Source: Candidatus Eremiobacteria bacterium
GTDB taxonomy: Bacteria; Vulcanimicrobiota; Vulcanimicrobiia; Vulcanimicrobiales; Vulcanimicrobiaceae
Length of the DNA: 64,000 nucleotides
Assembly: GCA_963758295.1 (NCBI GenBank)
Contig: CAVWUU010000004.1
Location: 1,152,001-1,216,000 of the forward strand
Reading direction: 5' to 3'
This document shows positions 61,812-64,000 of the stretch, piece by piece. Within the stretch, counting starts at the first letter, position 1. Each line of letters starts with the position of its first letter. The position numbers were made by a program, and so were the translations under genes. Below the pieces are notes generated by a model, which searched no databases, had not been told where the DNA came from, and was given only the letters and a program-made list of their open reading frames with translations.

Positions 61812-62777
61812 TTATCCTACAAGAGCTGGTTCGACGACGACTGCTTCCTGATCGGAGAAGACCGGATTGCTCAGATACCGTTCGCCGGTATCACAGCCAA
61901 TCGTCACAATAGTCTTGCCTTTCGACTCCGGGCGCGCAGCTACTTGCAGCGCCGCCCAGATGTTCGCGCCGGCCGAAATTCCGACCAGCATCCCTTCTTC
62001 GCGCGCCGCCCGCCGTGCCGTTGCTATCGCATCGGCATCCGTGACTCTGATGACTTCGTCGTAGACGCTTGTGTCCAGCACCTTCGGAACGAACCCGGTT
62101 CCCGTGCCCTGAATCTTGTGCGGACCGGGGCTCCCGCCCGAAAGCACCGGCGACCCGTCGGGCTCACCGGCGATGATCTTGATTCCGGGCTTCCGCTCTT
62201 TGAGCACCTCACCGACGCCGCTGATCGTGCCGCCGGTGCCGACCATCGCCACAAAGACGTCGATGGCGCCGTCCGTGTCGCGCCAGATCTCCTCGGCAGT
62301 CGTCCGGCGGTGCACTTCCGGATTCGCCGGATTTTCGAACTGCTGCGGGATGAAGAATTTCGCAGGGTCGGTTGCTTGAATCTCGGTCGCCTTGGCGATG
62401 GCGGCTTTCATGCCGTCGGCCCCCGGCGTGAGAACGACTTGCGCGCCATAGGCCTTCAATAGATTCCGCCGTTCGACGGTCATTGTGTCCGGCATAACGA
62501 GAATGCATTGGTAGCCCTTCGCGGCGGCCACAAAGGCCAGCGCGATGCCGGTGTTGCCGCTCGTCGGCTCCAGGATCTTCATCCCGGGAAGCAGGCGCCC
62601 GTCACGCTCGGCGGCTTCGATCATCGAAACGCCGATACGGTCCTTTACGGAACCGGCGGGATTGAACGACTCCATTTTGACCAGGACAGTTCCCGGCAGT
62701 CCCTTATTGAGACGCGGGATCTTTACGAGGGGCGTATTGCCGAACGTATCGGCAAGGTTTTCGTAAATTCGTGCCAT
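61812..62777 (-). CDS. cysK: Cysteine synthase A
   Basis: [36 protein letters not shown]. Confidence 0.95.
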   Translation of the reverse strand: MARIYENLADTFGNTPLVKIPRLNKGLPGTVLVKMESFNPAGSVKDRIGVSMIEAAERDGRLLPGMKILEPTSGNTGIALAFVAAAKGYQCILVMPDTMTVERRNLLKAYGAQVVLTPGADGMKAAIAKATEIQATDPAKFFIPQQFENPANPEVHRRTTAEEIWRDTDGAIDVFVAMVGTGGTISGVGEVLKERKPGIKIIAGEPDGSPVLSGGSPGPHKIQGTGTGFVPKVLDTSVYDEVIRVTDADAIATARRAAREEGMLVGISAGANIWAALQVAARPESKGKTIVTIGCDTGERYLSNPVFSDQEAVVVEPALVG

Positions 62778-62818
62778 TGTGTTTTCTACAAACCCCTCGT
62801 TCGGCTCAGAGTTTTCGC

Positions 62819-62848
62819 ATCATAACAAGCACCCTGCTCGCCTTGCAA
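62819..62848 (-). promoter_or_regulatory. Possible sigma70-type promoter of cysK-asparaginase-metH
   Basis: TTGCAA-N18-TATGAT with an extended -10 TG. Confidence 0.45.
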
Positions 62849-62885
62849 AGGTCGGATTGCCCGGTGCCGAACAATCGTTCGCACC

Positions 62886-63911
62886 GTGTTCTCCCTCGCC
62901 GAAAAATCGCTGTATGTCGACGCGCTCGACCTGTGGATCGACAGCATGCGCTCGCGCACGCGCTGTTACGTTTCGCACGGCCATAGCGACCATGCACGCG
63001 AACACGACGTCGTCATAGCCACCCCGAACACGGCGCGCATTTGTCATTCGCGATTCGCGCGGCGGCGCGAGGCCTCGCCGCAGCTATCGCTAATCGCCCG
63101 CTTCGAGCGTCCGCCCGTCGCCGTGCAGTTCGAGGAGCACCATTTCAACGAGCCGTGGCTGGAAGGCGGCCACCGCCTGACGCTCTTCTCCGCGGGGCAC
63201 GTGCTGGGCAGCTCTCAGTTGCTCATCGAAGGCGAACGCGGCCGGTTCGTTTACACCGGCGACTTCAAACTGACGCCGTCGCTCACCGTTGAGCCGCCCG
63301 AAGTCAAAGAATGCGACGTCGTCTTGATGGAGTGCACCTATGGACGCCCGCAGTACGTCTTTCCGGCGCGCGAAGAAGTCGCTGGAGAAATGATCGTCTT
63401 TGCGCGCAGCGCGCTCGAGTCGGGAGCCGTCCCGGTCTTTTTCGCGTATTCGCTCGGTAAAGCGCAAGAAGCCATGGCGATTTTAGGCAAGGCCGGCATT
63501 CCGCTAACCGTGCACGGCGCCGTCGATACGCTGGCGCGCGTTTATCGCGACTGCGGCGTCGAGCTTCCGCCCTTCGAACGCTATGACGCGCTGCGTTTCA
63601 ACACGGATTCTGCTTTGATTTGGCCGCCGGGCGGCAAGGCCTTACCGAAAGCGCTGCGAGGAAAAGAGGTTCGCACGGCCGTTCTTACCGGCTGGTCGCT
63701 CGATCGCGGAGCGCTTTTTCGGTACGGCACGCAACGCGGGTTCGCACTCTCGGATCATGCCGACTATCCGTCGCTTCTTCGTTACATCGAACTAGCGAAG
63801 CCGAAGAAAGTGTTATTGGTGCACGGGTGGCGAGACTTCGTGCACCGATTGCGCGCACAAGGCATCGACGCCGAGTACCTCGAGCACAACCCCCAGCTCT
63901 CGCTCTTCTAA
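62886..63911 (+). CDS. Metallo-beta-lactamase/beta-CASP family nuclease
   Basis: SHGHSDH, AGHVLGS, YTGDFK, ECTYG, YSLGKAQ, SDHADY. Confidence 0.88.
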   Translation: MFSLAEKSLYVDALDLWIDSMRSRTRCYVSHGHSDHAREHDVVIATPNTARICHSRFARRREASPQLSLIARFERPPVAVQFEEHHFNEPWLEGGHRLTLFSAGHVLGSSQLLIEGERGRFVYTGDFKLTPSLTVEPPEVKECDVVLMECTYGRPQYVFPAREEVAGEMIVFARSALESGAVPVFFAYSLGKAQEAMAILGKAGIPLTVHGAVDTLARVYRDCGVELPPFERYDALRFNTDSALIWPPGGKALPKALRGKEVRTAVLTGWSLDRGALFRYGTQRGFALSDHADYPSLLRYIELAKPKKVLLVHGWRDFVHRLRAQGIDAEYLEHNPQLSLF

Positions 63912-64000
63912 GAGTCGGGTTTTTTCTTTCCGGCCCTTCGCGCAGCGCGTGCATCGCCGATGTGCGTCACTTTTTCGGAAACGGCCTCGGGTTGCGATCC
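63908..64000 (-). CDS. Possible C-terminal end of a convergent gene entering from the right edge
   Basis: Open frame GSQPEAVSEKVTHIGDARAARRAGKKKPDS* whose stop overlaps the nuclease stop. Confidence 0.4.
   Translation of the reverse strand, partial: GSQPEAVSEKVTHIGDARAARRAGKKKPDS

Noticed and set aside
1..64000. CRISPR array, rRNA, tRNA, prophage
   Set aside because: No repeat-spacer pattern, structural RNA gene or phage hallmark gene was recognised by eye; intergenic gaps are short and mostly explained.

Overview
GC-rich chromosomal window from a diderm, probably flagellated bacterium; Ser/Pro-rich linkers after signal peptides and the gene content suggest Eremiobacterota/Vulcanimicrobiota, which is inference only. 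In order: a partial secreted protein; a lone flagellin with a sigma28-like promoter and GGA-hairpin leader; an M-box riboswitch with MgtE-N/CBS and Nramp-like genes; a diguanylate cyclase; PucR plus a GS-like gene; a histidine kinase; a group II decarboxylase; AKR, RidA, TPR and MarR genes; a full nuoA-N operon with a perfect Rex box; a B12 uptake/salvage locus (riboswitch, btuBCD, btuF, cobU); a pmm-dynamin-nagA-cfa run; a PadR/MacB-type permease cluster; metH, asparaginase and cysK; and a beta-CASP nuclease. About 2.8-20.8 kb is dense with indels that look like assembly errors, so coordinates there are approximate. Best leads: (1) three PadR genes, each behind a shared ATATAT(C/T)-N7 palindrome, coupled to two large permeases, plus a fourth decayed PadR; (2) a beta-CASP nuclease ending in the clamp-binding motif QLSLF; (3) a probable active/degenerate tandem dynamin. 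I saw no CRISPR array, rRNA, tRNA or mobile element.
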